Program-made: the position numbers and the translations under genes
Shown: positions 16,681-25,560 of the stretch, in pieces
How positions within the stretch are numbered: position 1 is the first letter of the stretch
Layout: the number at the start of each line of letters is the position of its first letter
The notes under the pieces: generated by a model
What the model saw: the letters and a program-made list of their open reading frames with translations, nothing else
Database searches by the model: none
Told to the model about the DNA's origin: nothing
Source: Sinorhizobium meliloti
Lineage (GTDB): Bacteria; Pseudomonadota; Alphaproteobacteria; Rhizobiales; Rhizobiaceae
Direction of reading: 5' to 3'
Length of the DNA: 32,000 bases
NCBI RefSeq assembly: GCF_017876815.1
Contig: NZ_JAGIOS010000002.1
Coordinates: forward strand, 1,350,001 to 1,382,000

Positions 16681-17928
16681 ATGGCGGCATCTGTTCTCGC
16701 AGCGTCTGTTGTCAATGCGGCGCGCCTTCAGCTCGGCCGCCGCGCGCGCCAGTTCAGTGCCATCCTGGCGAAGGACGGATACCAAGGAATCGTACGTCGT
16801 GTAAGGCTGAAGGCATCGGATTGGATCAGGCCCCGCAGCGTGGTTTGGTCCGTCTTTCCCGAGGACGTGATGGCGGCTGATCTTTTGCGCCCCCCGGTGA
16901 CCGTGGTTCCGAAGATTGCCCCCGGCGAGCCGATCGTAGTCAACTGGGTGATGGAAGCATCCGGCCGCGGATCCGGAGGCCATACGACGACTTGCCGGAT
17001 TATCAAGTACATGGAACGAAGGGGATATGTGAACCGCGTCTATTTGTATGATCCATTTGGTGGTGATCATAAATATTATCAAAGGATTTCGCGGGATTAC
17101 TACGGCATCACTTGCGAAATAAGTGACGTAAGGGCCGGAATGAAGGACGCTCACGCGGTGGTAGCCACCGCCTGGCCGTCGGCTTATGCCGTCTACAACG
17201 CGCGCTGTTCTGGAAAGCGGTTCTATTTTGTCCAGGACTACGAGCCGTTCTTCTATCCGGCCGGCACAAACAGCGTACTAGCCGAGAACACTTACCGTAT
17301 GGGCTTCCACGGTATCACCGCTGGGCGCTGGCTGGCTGAAAAGCTGTCGCATGAGTTTGGCATGATGACCGACTTCTTTCCGTTCGGATGCGATACGGCC
17401 CAATATCGCCGGCAGTCGTCATCCAAACGATCGGGAGTGGCATTTTATGCTCGAGCTGGCACCCCGCGCCGCGCGGTTGAATTGGGTCTGCTGGCGCTTG
17501 AACTGCTCGCAAATCGGCGACCAGATGTGGAGGTACACTTGTTCGGTGAACGAGTAGGACACCTCCCGTTCAAATTTCTGAATCACGGATTGGTAACGCC
17601 AGCCAAGCTTAGTGAGATCTATAACCGCTGCTTTGCTGGTCTTAGCCTGTCATTGACGAACGTTTCTCTGGTACCCTTCGAGATGCTTGCGTGCGGCTGC
17701 ATTCCGATCGTCAACGACGCCGATCACAATCGCATGGTATTGGATAACCCCCACATTCGCTATGCTCCTCCCACGCCTCACTCGCTCGCGACTGCACTGG
17801 AAGCGCTGGTGAATATGCCGGATTTCGAAGCAACCTCCAGACGGGCGGCTGAAAGCGTCGTGTCTGCATCGTGGGATGATGCCGGAGCGGCGGTCGACGC
17901 CGCATTCCGTCGGGCTTTGGGCGCGTAG
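16681..17928 (+). CDS. GT-B fold glycosyltransferase (GT4/WsaF-like)
   Basis: The ORF track gives 16564-17928 (TTG start). ATG 16681 is the first ATG. Motifs are SGRGSGGHTTTCRIIKYMERRGYVNRVYLYDP (the GGH nucleotide-sugar-domain start typical of WsaF-like enzymes) and the C-terminal FEMLACGCIPIVND. The start codon is uncertain. Confidence 0.75.
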   Translation: MAASVLAASVVNAARLQLGRRARQFSAILAKDGYQGIVRRVRLKASDWIRPRSVVWSVFPEDVMAADLLRPPVTVVPKIAPGEPIVVNWVMEASGRGSGGHTTTCRIIKYMERRGYVNRVYLYDPFGGDHKYYQRISRDYYGITCEISDVRAGMKDAHAVVATAWPSAYAVYNARCSGKRFYFVQDYEPFFYPAGTNSVLAENTYRMGFHGITAGRWLAEKLSHEFGMMTDFFPFGCDTAQYRRQSSSKRSGVAFYARAGTPRRAVELGLLALELLANRRPDVEVHLFGERVGHLPFKFLNHGLVTPAKLSEIYNRCFAGLSLSLTNVSLVPFEMLACGCIPIVNDADHNRMVLDNPHIRYAPPTPHSLATALEALVNMPDFEATSRRAAESVVSASWDDAGAAVDAAFRRALGA

Positions 17929-18798
17929 TGTCTCATGGTGAAACGACCTTGGATCCCTTCAGCTGGGCGATGGTAAAGTTGAGAAGAGGGCGGATCAGGG
18001 CGCCCTGCCTTTTGGATCGTGTGCCGCGCGTCAGTGTCGTCATCCCGTGCTATAATTATGGGCACTATCTGCGGCAATGCGTCGACAGCGTTACTTGAAA
18101 CCAGCCGGGCATCGAAGTCGAGGTTATCATAGTCGATGACAAGTCCACCGACGATCGCATTGCCGTAGCTCGATCGATCAAGGACCGCGACGAACGCGTA
18201 CGTCTGATCCTGCACGAGCAGATTAAAGGGCACATCGCGACCTACAACGATGGTCTCGATGGCGACGACGCCGGGCGCGCTTACCCGTGCCGCCGAACTG
18301 CTGGTTGCAGAGCCATCCGTCGGAGCGGTCTACGGAGACGCTTTTCAGCGGCGGTTTGCCTGCGCGCCGCACCGTTGGAAGAACCTGGATTATCTGGTCG
18401 GGTGTTGATTGGCTGCGTGACCGTTGCCGCACGGGGTACAATGTGGTTGCTTCTCCCGAGGTGGCCATGCGGACATTGGTACTGCGAACGATCGGTGGCG
18501 ACCGCGCGGATCTTCCGCACGCCGGTGCCGTCGAAATGTGCCTGCGGACATCCGCCGTGTCCCAGATCGGCTTTTTGGTGGGTGTGGATAGGCGTAACTC
18601 CCGCCACCACGCCGTCAACATGAATAAACGAGATTTCAGTCAGGCACCTTACACGGCCAACTTATCGACCTGAAACAGCGTTGGCAGTCCTTCGCGGCCG
18701 TGTTCGCGGGCGGTGGCGGCAAGCTGGACGACAGCGCCACGCTTTTACAGGTCGCCCGCAGAACCTTGGCGCGTCAAGCATTGGAGCGTGTCAACTAA
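17928..18798 (+). pseudogene. Decayed family 2 glycosyltransferase
   Basis: A GTG overlaps the upstream stop (TAGTG). The reading RVSVVIPCYNYGHYLRQCVDSVT is followed by an in-frame TGA at 18096-18098. It resumes as NQPGIEVEVIIVDDKSTDD...ILHEQIKGHIATYNDGL, then changes frame at least twice (WSGVDWLRDRCRTGYNVVASPEVAMRTLVLRTIGG...HAVNMNKRDFSQ; then LIDLKQRWQSFAAVFAGGG...ALERVN*). Confidence 0.7.
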
Positions 18799-19022
18799 TG
18801 CCTAGGCAAGATACTTTCGGGACTTTCGGGACTTCCATCAGCGGGGCGAGCACTCGCAAGGCGAAAGAGGCTTGGGATGGTTTCGCGGCCGCTTCATCCT
18901 CTTGTGGGCGCCATCAGCCATCGCTTTGCGCGTGGTACAAATGATGCGGCGCCATCGACAGCGGCGGATTGGCATATAGCTTCTCGACCGGTTAGAATTG
19001 GAAAACAAGCTGGGTTAGCCTA

Positions 19023-19150
19023 ACTCAGTAGCCGCAGACCAGACTTCTTCTTCCAATCGATGTAGGTCGCCTGGCTGATGCCCGCCTTGGCGCAGATTTC
19101 CGCAACCCGGCACATGAACGCCTTCTGCGCGTCCGAACGGTGATGGCTTC
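19023..19150 (-). pseudogene. IS3-family OrfA (HTH) fragment
   Basis: The minus-strand text DAQKAFMCRVAEICAKAGISQATYIDWKKKSGL resembles the IS3/IS407-group OrfA pattern EEQIAFALKQ...VAEVCRKxGISEATFYNWKKKYGGL. It is truncated at both ends and abuts the IS256 element. Confidence 0.45.
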
Positions 19151-19192
19151 GTCGTCTTCCGTTTGCTGTCGTCCGTCCCATCCCGCAGATTC

Positions 19193-20476
19193 GGTAGTGT
19201 GCTGAAGGTTCTGCAAATTCACTGAGAGAGGCGGTCATGGCAGGCTGGTGATGTTGACGTCACCTGATTCCCTGGAAGGAACGCCACCATGACCAAGACT
19301 GAAGGTAAGACAGCCAGCGCCGCCGTCAAAGACATTTTGCTTTCGAACCCCGATGGGCTGCGCGAGGTGATCCGCACGGTGATGCAGGAGGTGCTGGAAG
19401 CGGAGATGGACGAGGCGCTGGGAGCTGCGAAAGGCGAGCGCACGCCGGAGCGGCTCGGCTACCGTTCGGGCCACTATGGCCGCACGCTGATCACGCGGGT
19501 GGGCAAGCTCGAGCTGCGGGTGCCGCAGGATCGCTCGGGGCACTTCTCCACCGAATTGTTCGAACGCTATCAGCGCTCCGAGCGGGCACTGGTGGCAACC
19601 TTGGCGGAGATGTATGCCTTCTCGGCGTCATCGATCTCGGCGATCAACAAACGGCTGGACGAGAGCCTGAAGGCCTTTGCCGAGCGCCCGCTTCAAGAGC
19701 CGTTTGCCTACCTGATTCTCCATGCCCGTTATGAGAAGGTGCGCGAGGCCGGTGTGGTGATGAGCCAGGCGGTGTTGATCGCTGTCGGCATCGACTGGGA
19801 CGGACGGCGGCAGATCCTGTCGGTCGAGATGGCCGGCCGTGAAAGCCGTTGCGCCTCGAAGGACTTCCTCGTCAGGCTGAAAGGGCGCGGTTTGAAGGGC
19901 GTCGAACTGGTGGTTTCCGACGACCATGCCGGTCTCGTCGCGGCAATTGGCGAGGTGGTCCCGGAAGCTGCCTGGCAGCGCTGTTACGTGCATTTCCTCA
20001 GGAACGCCCTCGATCACCTGCCGCGCAAACATGGCGACGATTGCCTGCAGGAGCTTCGATGGCTCTATGATCGCCGCGACCCCGACGAGGCGAAGGCCGA
20101 TCTCGCCGCCTGGCTGGGAAAATGGTCGGTCCGCTATCCGCGCCTGACCTCCTGGGTTGAGGAAACCATCGAGCAGACGGCATCTTTCCCAATACCGAGA
20201 GCTGCCTACGCCTCGTCCGCGCGCTCGCCGTCGAAACCCACGAAAACTGGATGGAGGCCAATCGCTACATCAACATGGACGCTGACCTTCTTTCGTCTGC
20301 CGCGCCAGCATCACAAGCACCTCAAGAGCACCAACATGCTGGAACGCCTCAACGAGGAAATCCGCCGCAGAACCTACGTCGTGCGACCTGCGAGAGCACA
20401 AGAAACTCGCACTCCGTCAAGCCGCATGACCAGCACGCATGACCGCCCAATTTTGCAGAACTTGACGCACACAACC
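19193..20476 (+). mobile_element. IS256-family insertion sequence (1284 bp) with imperfect terminal inverted repeats and a flanking 6-bp direct repeat
   Basis: IRL at 19193 is ggtagtgtgctgaaggttctgcaaatt. The reverse complement of the right end at 20476 is ggttgtgtgcgtcaagttctgcaaaat, about 21 of 27 matches by hand. AGATTC is present on both flanks (19187-19192 and 20477-20482). Confidence 0.8.
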
Positions 20477-20497
20477 AGATTCACGATCATCAGATAA
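19289..20497 (+). pseudogene. IS256-family (Mutator-type) transposase, internally deleted and rearranged
   Basis: Family text is present: GYRSGHYGRTLITRVGKLELRVPQDR, VLIAVGIDWDGRRQIL, VVSDDHAGL, QRCYVHFLRN and STNMLERLNEEIRRRT. The near-universal QGVSTRKV...EELCG segment is missing after LAEMYA (about 19616). The IFPNTESCLRLVRALAVETHENWMEANRYINMD block sits out of frame upstream of the LTFFRLPRQHH block. The native stop would be 20427-20429. Confidence 0.75.
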
Positions 20498-20764
20498 GAA
20501 TTGTCGCGTGGGAGTAAAGGCAACCATTCCATCTATTCAGATTGCAGTTTTCCTTGAGTGCCTACTTCAATTGGTCGATCAGCCGTCCATTTGTCCAACT
20601 AGGATTCTGGTGGGCTTTGGGTATAAGTTAAGGGTTGCAAATCGGTCTGCGAGACAACCTGCTGAATTAAACGGGATTGCTTTTGCGTTCTTGCGCAATC
20701 GAATTGCAAAGCGTCGGCGGCAACGGTTATGCGGCGTCTCGCCGCCATTTGAGAGCACTCTGAT

Positions 20765-21784
20765 ATGGAACGATCGGTCGTCGCTGTCATCGTAACTTAC
20801 AACCGCCTTGATTATCTAAAGAAGTCTGTTGCGGCGGTGATGGCGCAGAGTTTCCCTATTTGCGAAGTAATTCTTGTCGACAATAAAAGTACCGATGGAA
20901 CGCCAAAGTTCCTTCAAGAGCTTGAACGATGTAACAGCACTTACCCCATACGCGTTGTCAATATGGAAAAGAACGAAGGTGGGGCAGGCGGCTTTGCACA
21001 AGGCATTGAGGAAGCCTATGAACGCGGCGCTGATTTAATTTGGCTTATGGATGACGATTGTGTGGCATACCATGATGCGCTTGAGAAACTTGTACGCGGA
21101 TTTGATGCACTGACTGAAAAGTTGCCCGTCTCTTCAGCGGAGCAGAGCGTCAGCACTGAGCCTGGCTTCGTCTGCTCTAACGTACGATGGAAAGACGGAG
21201 AAGTATGTGAAATGAATATTCCAAGAGCTACGGGGGATTGGAGTCGCTATTACCTTCCGGAAAGTCCTTATGTCCGTGTCAACCAGTGTTCTTTCGTTTC
21301 TGTCCTTGTTAATGCCCGAGCTGTCTCCTTGGTTGGTTATCCCGTTCGCGAGTTCTTTATCTGGCTGGACGACGTTGAATTCTCAGGGAGAATTGCGGAA
21401 AGATGTCCGGGGTTTGTCATTCTTGACAGCCTAGTCGTCCACGACATACCTCAGAATACAGGTGTCCACTTCGGCGATGTTAGTGCGAAGAATGTCTGGA
21501 AGTACCGGTACGGTATTCGCAATGAAGTGGCCTACTTAGCCTCTCGACCTTTGGGAGTGCTGAAGGCCGCGCGATATATCGTTTCACAGCTTTCTCAAAT
21601 GTCGGCAACCAAAGTTCCGTTCTCGCTTCGGGCGCAGATATTGTTTGCAGGACTGTCGGGATTTACCTTCTGCTATAAGTCCAAAATTCGCCTTCCGGCC
21701 GCCCGCAGTAGCTACTTGGACGTCAGGTCAAAACGCGAGCCGACGACGCGGCCGTTTTCTCCTGAACCTGAAGGTATGAAATAG
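20765..21784 (+). CDS. Glycosyltransferase family 2, candidate galactofuranosyltransferase
   Basis: Motifs are VVAVIVTYNRLDYLKKSVAAVMAQ, VILVDNKSTDGT, NEGGAGGF and WLMDDD. The stop is immediately followed by the glf start (TAGATG). Confidence 0.85.
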   Translation: MERSVVAVIVTYNRLDYLKKSVAAVMAQSFPICEVILVDNKSTDGTPKFLQELERCNSTYPIRVVNMEKNEGGAGGFAQGIEEAYERGADLIWLMDDDCVAYHDALEKLVRGFDALTEKLPVSSAEQSVSTEPGFVCSNVRWKDGEVCEMNIPRATGDWSRYYLPESPYVRVNQCSFVSVLVNARAVSLVGYPVREFFIWLDDVEFSGRIAERCPGFVILDSLVVHDIPQNTGVHFGDVSAKNVWKYRYGIRNEVAYLASRPLGVLKAARYIVSQLSQMSATKVPFSLRAQILFAGLSGFTFCYKSKIRLPAARSSYLDVRSKREPTTRPFSPEPEGMK

Positions 21785-22891
21785 ATGTATGATTGGTTGA
21801 TTGTTGGCGCCGGGTTTGCGGGAAGCGTTCTTGCGGAGCGCTTCGCGTCTGTCCGCAACGAACGGGTTCTCCTAATTGACCGGCGAAGCCATGTTGGTGG
21901 AAACGCATACGACCGCTACAACGATGATGGGATAATCGTCCATCAGTACGGGCCGCACATCTTCCACACCAACTCGAAACAAATTTTCGACTACCTGTCT
22001 TTGTTTACTGAGTGGCGGCCTTACGCACATAAGGTACTCGCCGAAGTAGACGGCATGCTTGTACCTATCCCGATCAACCTTGATACGGTCAATAAGCTCT
22101 ATGGGCTTAACCTCAACTCCGAGCAATTGGCGGAATGGTTCAAAGCTCGCGCGGAGAAGGTGGACTCTCTGCGCACGTCGGAAGATGTGGTGGTATCGGT
22201 TGTCGGTCGAGAACTCTACGAGAAGTTTTTTCAGGGGTATACGCGCAAGCAGTGGGGGCTCGACCCTTCAGAACTTGACAAGTCGGTCACCGCTCGGGTG
22301 CCAATCCGCACCAATCGTGACGATCTATACTTTGGGGATGAATATCAATGTATGCCTCTTTACGGTTATAATCGCCTATTTGAAAATATGCTACGCAGTA
22401 ACAATATTCATATAATGACCAAGACTGATTATCGTGACGTTAAGGACTACGTGCCGCATAGACGTGTAATTTACACTGGCCCAATCGACGAATACTTCGA
22501 CTTCCGTTTCGGCCGGCTGCCGTACAGATCGCTTCGGTTTGAACACGTCACGCGCGACCAACCTTGGCACCAGCCAGTCGCAGTCGTTAATTATCCGCAG
22601 ACAAATGACTATACTCGCATTACGGAATACAAGCATCTTACAGGGCAGCAGCATCCAAAGACGACGCTCACGTATGAATACCCCTCAAGCGACGGTGATC
22701 CGTACTACCCGGTTCCGAACGCGGCGAACCAAGAGCAGTTCAAGAAGTACGAACGCCTAGCACTTGCCACCCCTGGCGTGTGGTTCGTGGGACGTCTTGC
22801 CACTTATAAATACTACAACATGGATCAGGTCGTGGGTCAGGCGCTCAGCACCTTTCGGCGTATATGTGCTGCTGTTATGACGGTTCCATAG
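21785..22891 (+). CDS. glf: UDP-galactopyranose mutase
   Basis: The N-terminal FAD fold is YDWLIVGAGFAGSVLAERFA...LLIDRRSHVGGNAYD. Further matches are VHQYGPHIFHTN, YTRKQWG and FVGRLATYKYYNMDQVV. The length of 368 aa is typical. Confidence 0.95.
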   Translation: MYDWLIVGAGFAGSVLAERFASVRNERVLLIDRRSHVGGNAYDRYNDDGIIVHQYGPHIFHTNSKQIFDYLSLFTEWRPYAHKVLAEVDGMLVPIPINLDTVNKLYGLNLNSEQLAEWFKARAEKVDSLRTSEDVVVSVVGRELYEKFFQGYTRKQWGLDPSELDKSVTARVPIRTNRDDLYFGDEYQCMPLYGYNRLFENMLRSNNIHIMTKTDYRDVKDYVPHRRVIYTGPIDEYFDFRFGRLPYRSLRFEHVTRDQPWHQPVAVVNYPQTNDYTRITEYKHLTGQQHPKTTLTYEYPSSDGDPYYPVPNAANQEQFKKYERLALATPGVWFVGRLATYKYYNMDQVVGQALSTFRRICAAVMTVP

Positions 22892-22973
22892 CGCTTTAGA
22901 CCGAACCAGAAGGCGAACATCGCATATGTAATAGAGTCACCCAATGCCGCAGTTCTCAGGTCCCCGATTGACC

Positions 22974-25193
22974 TTAGTGGATCGCGACCGCGCTCGGGAT
23001 GTCGCCGAGCATTCCTTCATCCCACGCGAGCTGAGGCGTTAAGCGTCGGAACGTGGCATAACCAATCTTATCGGCGCAATCGTGCAGGACCATGGCAAAT
23101 TCGCCGCTGGCAATCAGCGCCTCCATCAGTTTCTGACCGCCCCTCGAATTCGAACCATCGACAAAAACCAGACCAGCAGAATCCGGGAGTCTGGTCAGAT
23201 CGACCAGACGAGCGGCCTTTCCTGTGACGTACACAAGATCGCCAGGACGAAACGCAAATTCGTACTTTTTTTGAGCGACTCCGCTAACGCGAACCTCAAC
23301 TAATTTTGGGCGCCAGGGACTGTTTCTCAGACTCCGTCTGAAAGATCGTTGACCGAGGTTCAGTGGCGAAGGCATTAAAATTACAGCGCGTACCGCCGGT
23401 TCGCACGTGGTGACCTTGTCGACATGCAAGGTCCAATCGTTCTCGGTAAGGCGCTTCCTCCAAGCACCCAGTCTCATCTTGGCCTGTTTCACAAGCACGC
23501 TAATAGCTGCCCTCGTGGCCCTTGCGTTCTCGAGGGAGTGAGGTTTGTTGCCGGCTCGTATTACGGAAATCGAGCTTGATAGATTGCCAGCTTGGATCGA
23601 CGACGCTAACGCGTCCTGGCCGCATGCTCGTAGCATCATCGTTAACTGCCCTCGCCATTCAGACTCCCCGAGAGTTGGTGTTGGTGCGATGGATGGCCGT
23701 TTGTTACTGCTGTTGGAAATTTCCGTGTCATCCAACCCGAGAACGGTGCGGATGCGGTCGAGTTCTCGGTGGCTGAGGTGGCGGAACTGCGATGCCCTTT
23801 CCATTGCTGCATCGACATGTCCACAACAGAGCGCAACCCTGATCCACATTGCCCATGCGACAGGATCTGGATCCTTGCATTCGTGATACAGAAAGATGAT
23901 GTCGAGCCATCTTTTAATGCTGTTTTGGGCGTTCTCAACGCTCCCTTGAAGCAACTGACAATAGCCGAGACCGACAAGGGCCTCGGGAATGATTGCGAAG
24001 TTCAGGCAGCGTAGGAAACTCTCCTCCGCAGCATCTAACGCAGAAGTACTGATTAGCTCCCAGCCCCTTCTGAGCAACAATCGATCCAGGCCCCCGCCAA
24101 CTACCTGGTAACTGGCCTGGCTGACAGGACCAGGTACTATTCGCAATCCGCCTGCAGGGCTCTCCTGCACGATTGTCTCGCCTGCTTTGAGCTGGCAGCT
24201 AAGATCGAACCACTCTCTAATCTGGCGTCTGTGGGCCATGGTGTGATGATTGTGAACCAGGTTATGCCCGGCCTTTATAATACGGTGCAATTGCTCGTCG
24301 TCCGCGAGCAGCGTGTCGAGTTTCCCGACAATGTCTTCAGGCGTGGCGAACACGCAGTTCTCCATATCACGAAAGCCAATTTTCTCCAGTGCCGCAGTGC
24401 GTTCAGTTACGAGACATGCCCCGGTTGCTGGGATCTCCAGATGTTTTCGGACGAGGTCCCGGGTTACTGAGCCGCAGGCCGGCACGAACGTTGCGGCATT
24501 AAGCAGTCGAGCATAGCTTTCACCGAACATGGTTTGTGAGGTACCGGACTGCGCGTTCCATCCCCCGTGCGGGCATATCATTGTAGGGTACCGTGCAGAC
24601 ACGATGCGTGAAATTGCGTTCCGCCATGGATAAAACCCGATCTGACTACCTGTGATTAGGACCGGTACATTCTTTTCAAGCCCATAGTCGCGAAAAATTG
24701 TGGGGTCGACAAAGTTGGGCCAAGTATAAAGGCGATCGGAAATTTCGGGAGTATACTCACCCAACGAAACAGAGTGCGTAAAAAAGGTCTCGACCCCCCA
24801 TTCGGCCATGTCGGCGATAAACGTCGCTCTTGCTGCGTCGAGTGCGTCGGCCAGAAGTAAACCCAGTTTGGGCGTTTGCGGGTGAGCAGAAACATTGCGG
24901 ATGTTCCGTTTCCCTGAATCGACGCCAGACTCGAGCAATACAAGATCTGGTTCGACTCGATCGCAGATTTCGTCGTAATCTCCAACCGGAGGTAATTCGA
25001 TTACCTCAAAAAATTGGCTGAGGCACCTACTCTGCTCGGTTACATGCACCTTCAGGAATTGCGGCATGCCGTTGCGCAGTGACCTAAAGAAGAGGAGTCT
25101 CGGCAGCCGCTCCTCCATACCTGTCATTAGCATTGAACGTAGCTCCTCAATCCTGAGCTGTGCTTTTCGCGGCAGCGATACACGCCCTTCCAA
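22974..25193 (-). CDS. Large multidomain protein: CgeB-like glycosyltransferase domain, helical/TPR-like middle, and uncharacterised C-terminal domain
   Basis: 739 aa from TTG 25193. ATG 25133 with GAGGAG upstream is more likely. Residues about 230-330 (NAATFVPACGSVTRDLVRKHLEIPATGACLVTERTAALEKIGFRDMENCVFATPEDIVGKLDTLLADDEQLHRIIKAGHNLV..HHTMAHRRQIREWF) resemble the Glyco_trans_1_2/CgeB C-terminal domain. The C-terminal third has LVFVDGSNSRGG, which is weakly methyltransferase-like. Confidence 0.65.
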   Translation of the reverse strand: MEGRVSLPRKAQLRIEELRSMLMTGMEERLPRLLFFRSLRNGMPQFLKVHVTEQSRCLSQFFEVIELPPVGDYDEICDRVEPDLVLLESGVDSGKRNIRNVSAHPQTPKLGLLLADALDAARATFIADMAEWGVETFFTHSVSLGEYTPEISDRLYTWPNFVDPTIFRDYGLEKNVPVLITGSQIGFYPWRNAISRIVSARYPTMICPHGGWNAQSGTSQTMFGESYARLLNAATFVPACGSVTRDLVRKHLEIPATGACLVTERTAALEKIGFRDMENCVFATPEDIVGKLDTLLADDEQLHRIIKAGHNLVHNHHTMAHRRQIREWFDLSCQLKAGETIVQESPAGGLRIVPGPVSQASYQVVGGGLDRLLLRRGWELISTSALDAAEESFLRCLNFAIIPEALVGLGYCQLLQGSVENAQNSIKRWLDIIFLYHECKDPDPVAWAMWIRVALCCGHVDAAMERASQFRHLSHRELDRIRTVLGLDDTEISNSSNKRPSIAPTPTLGESEWRGQLTMMLRACGQDALASSIQAGNLSSSISVIRAGNKPHSLENARATRAAISVLVKQAKMRLGAWRKRLTENDWTLHVDKVTTCEPAVRAVILMPSPLNLGQRSFRRSLRNSPWRPKLVEVRVSGVAQKKYEFAFRPGDLVYVTGKAARLVDLTRLPDSAGLVFVDGSNSRGGQKLMEALIASGEFAMVLHDCADKIGYATFRRLTPQLAWDEGMLGDIPSAVAIH

Positions 25194-25239
25194 TCGTCAT
25201 TGGCGATTTCCGCACATCATCTTCCGCACATCATCTTTG

Positions 25240-25470
25240 CGAGAGCGTGCGAGCGCCACTTCGTTGATACCAGATCGCGCGTCTTCGACACCCTGGCACC
25301 GGCCTGCTGCTCGGCGCTCTTGACCGGAACGAACCGCATGGTCGCCAGCGCGACAACCTCGCAGATGTTCTCCGCATCCGCCGCGTCGGTACCCACGGGA
25401 TCAAACCAATCCATCCTGCCATAGGCAGATCAGTGAGCCATGGGGGACGCATTAAATCCAGCCAGTTAAA
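25240..25470 (-). pseudogene. IS110-family transposase N-terminal fragment
   Basis: The minus-strand text GTDAADAENICEVVALATMRFVPVKSAEQQAG..SKTRDLV matches the conserved IS110 pattern K(T/N)DxxDAEAICEA..RPxMRFVxVKSxEQQ...HRxRxxLV. No intact ORF remains. Confidence 0.55.
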
Positions 25471-25560
25471 GCCTATCTCGGTCGAGGATATCGATTGCAC
25501 GCGCACCTTCCCGAGGGTGATGGGCGGCAACACGAGCAGGCGGTGGTGTAGCCAATCACC

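Noticed and set aside
18681-18944. 87-aa plus-strand ORF after the GT2 pseudogene
   Set aside because: It overlaps the still-legible C-terminal frame of the GT2 pseudogene and is Arg/Gly/Ala-rich with no motif. A nearby 9-nt tandem repeat (actttcggg x2, 18813-18830) was noted, but it is too short to interpret.
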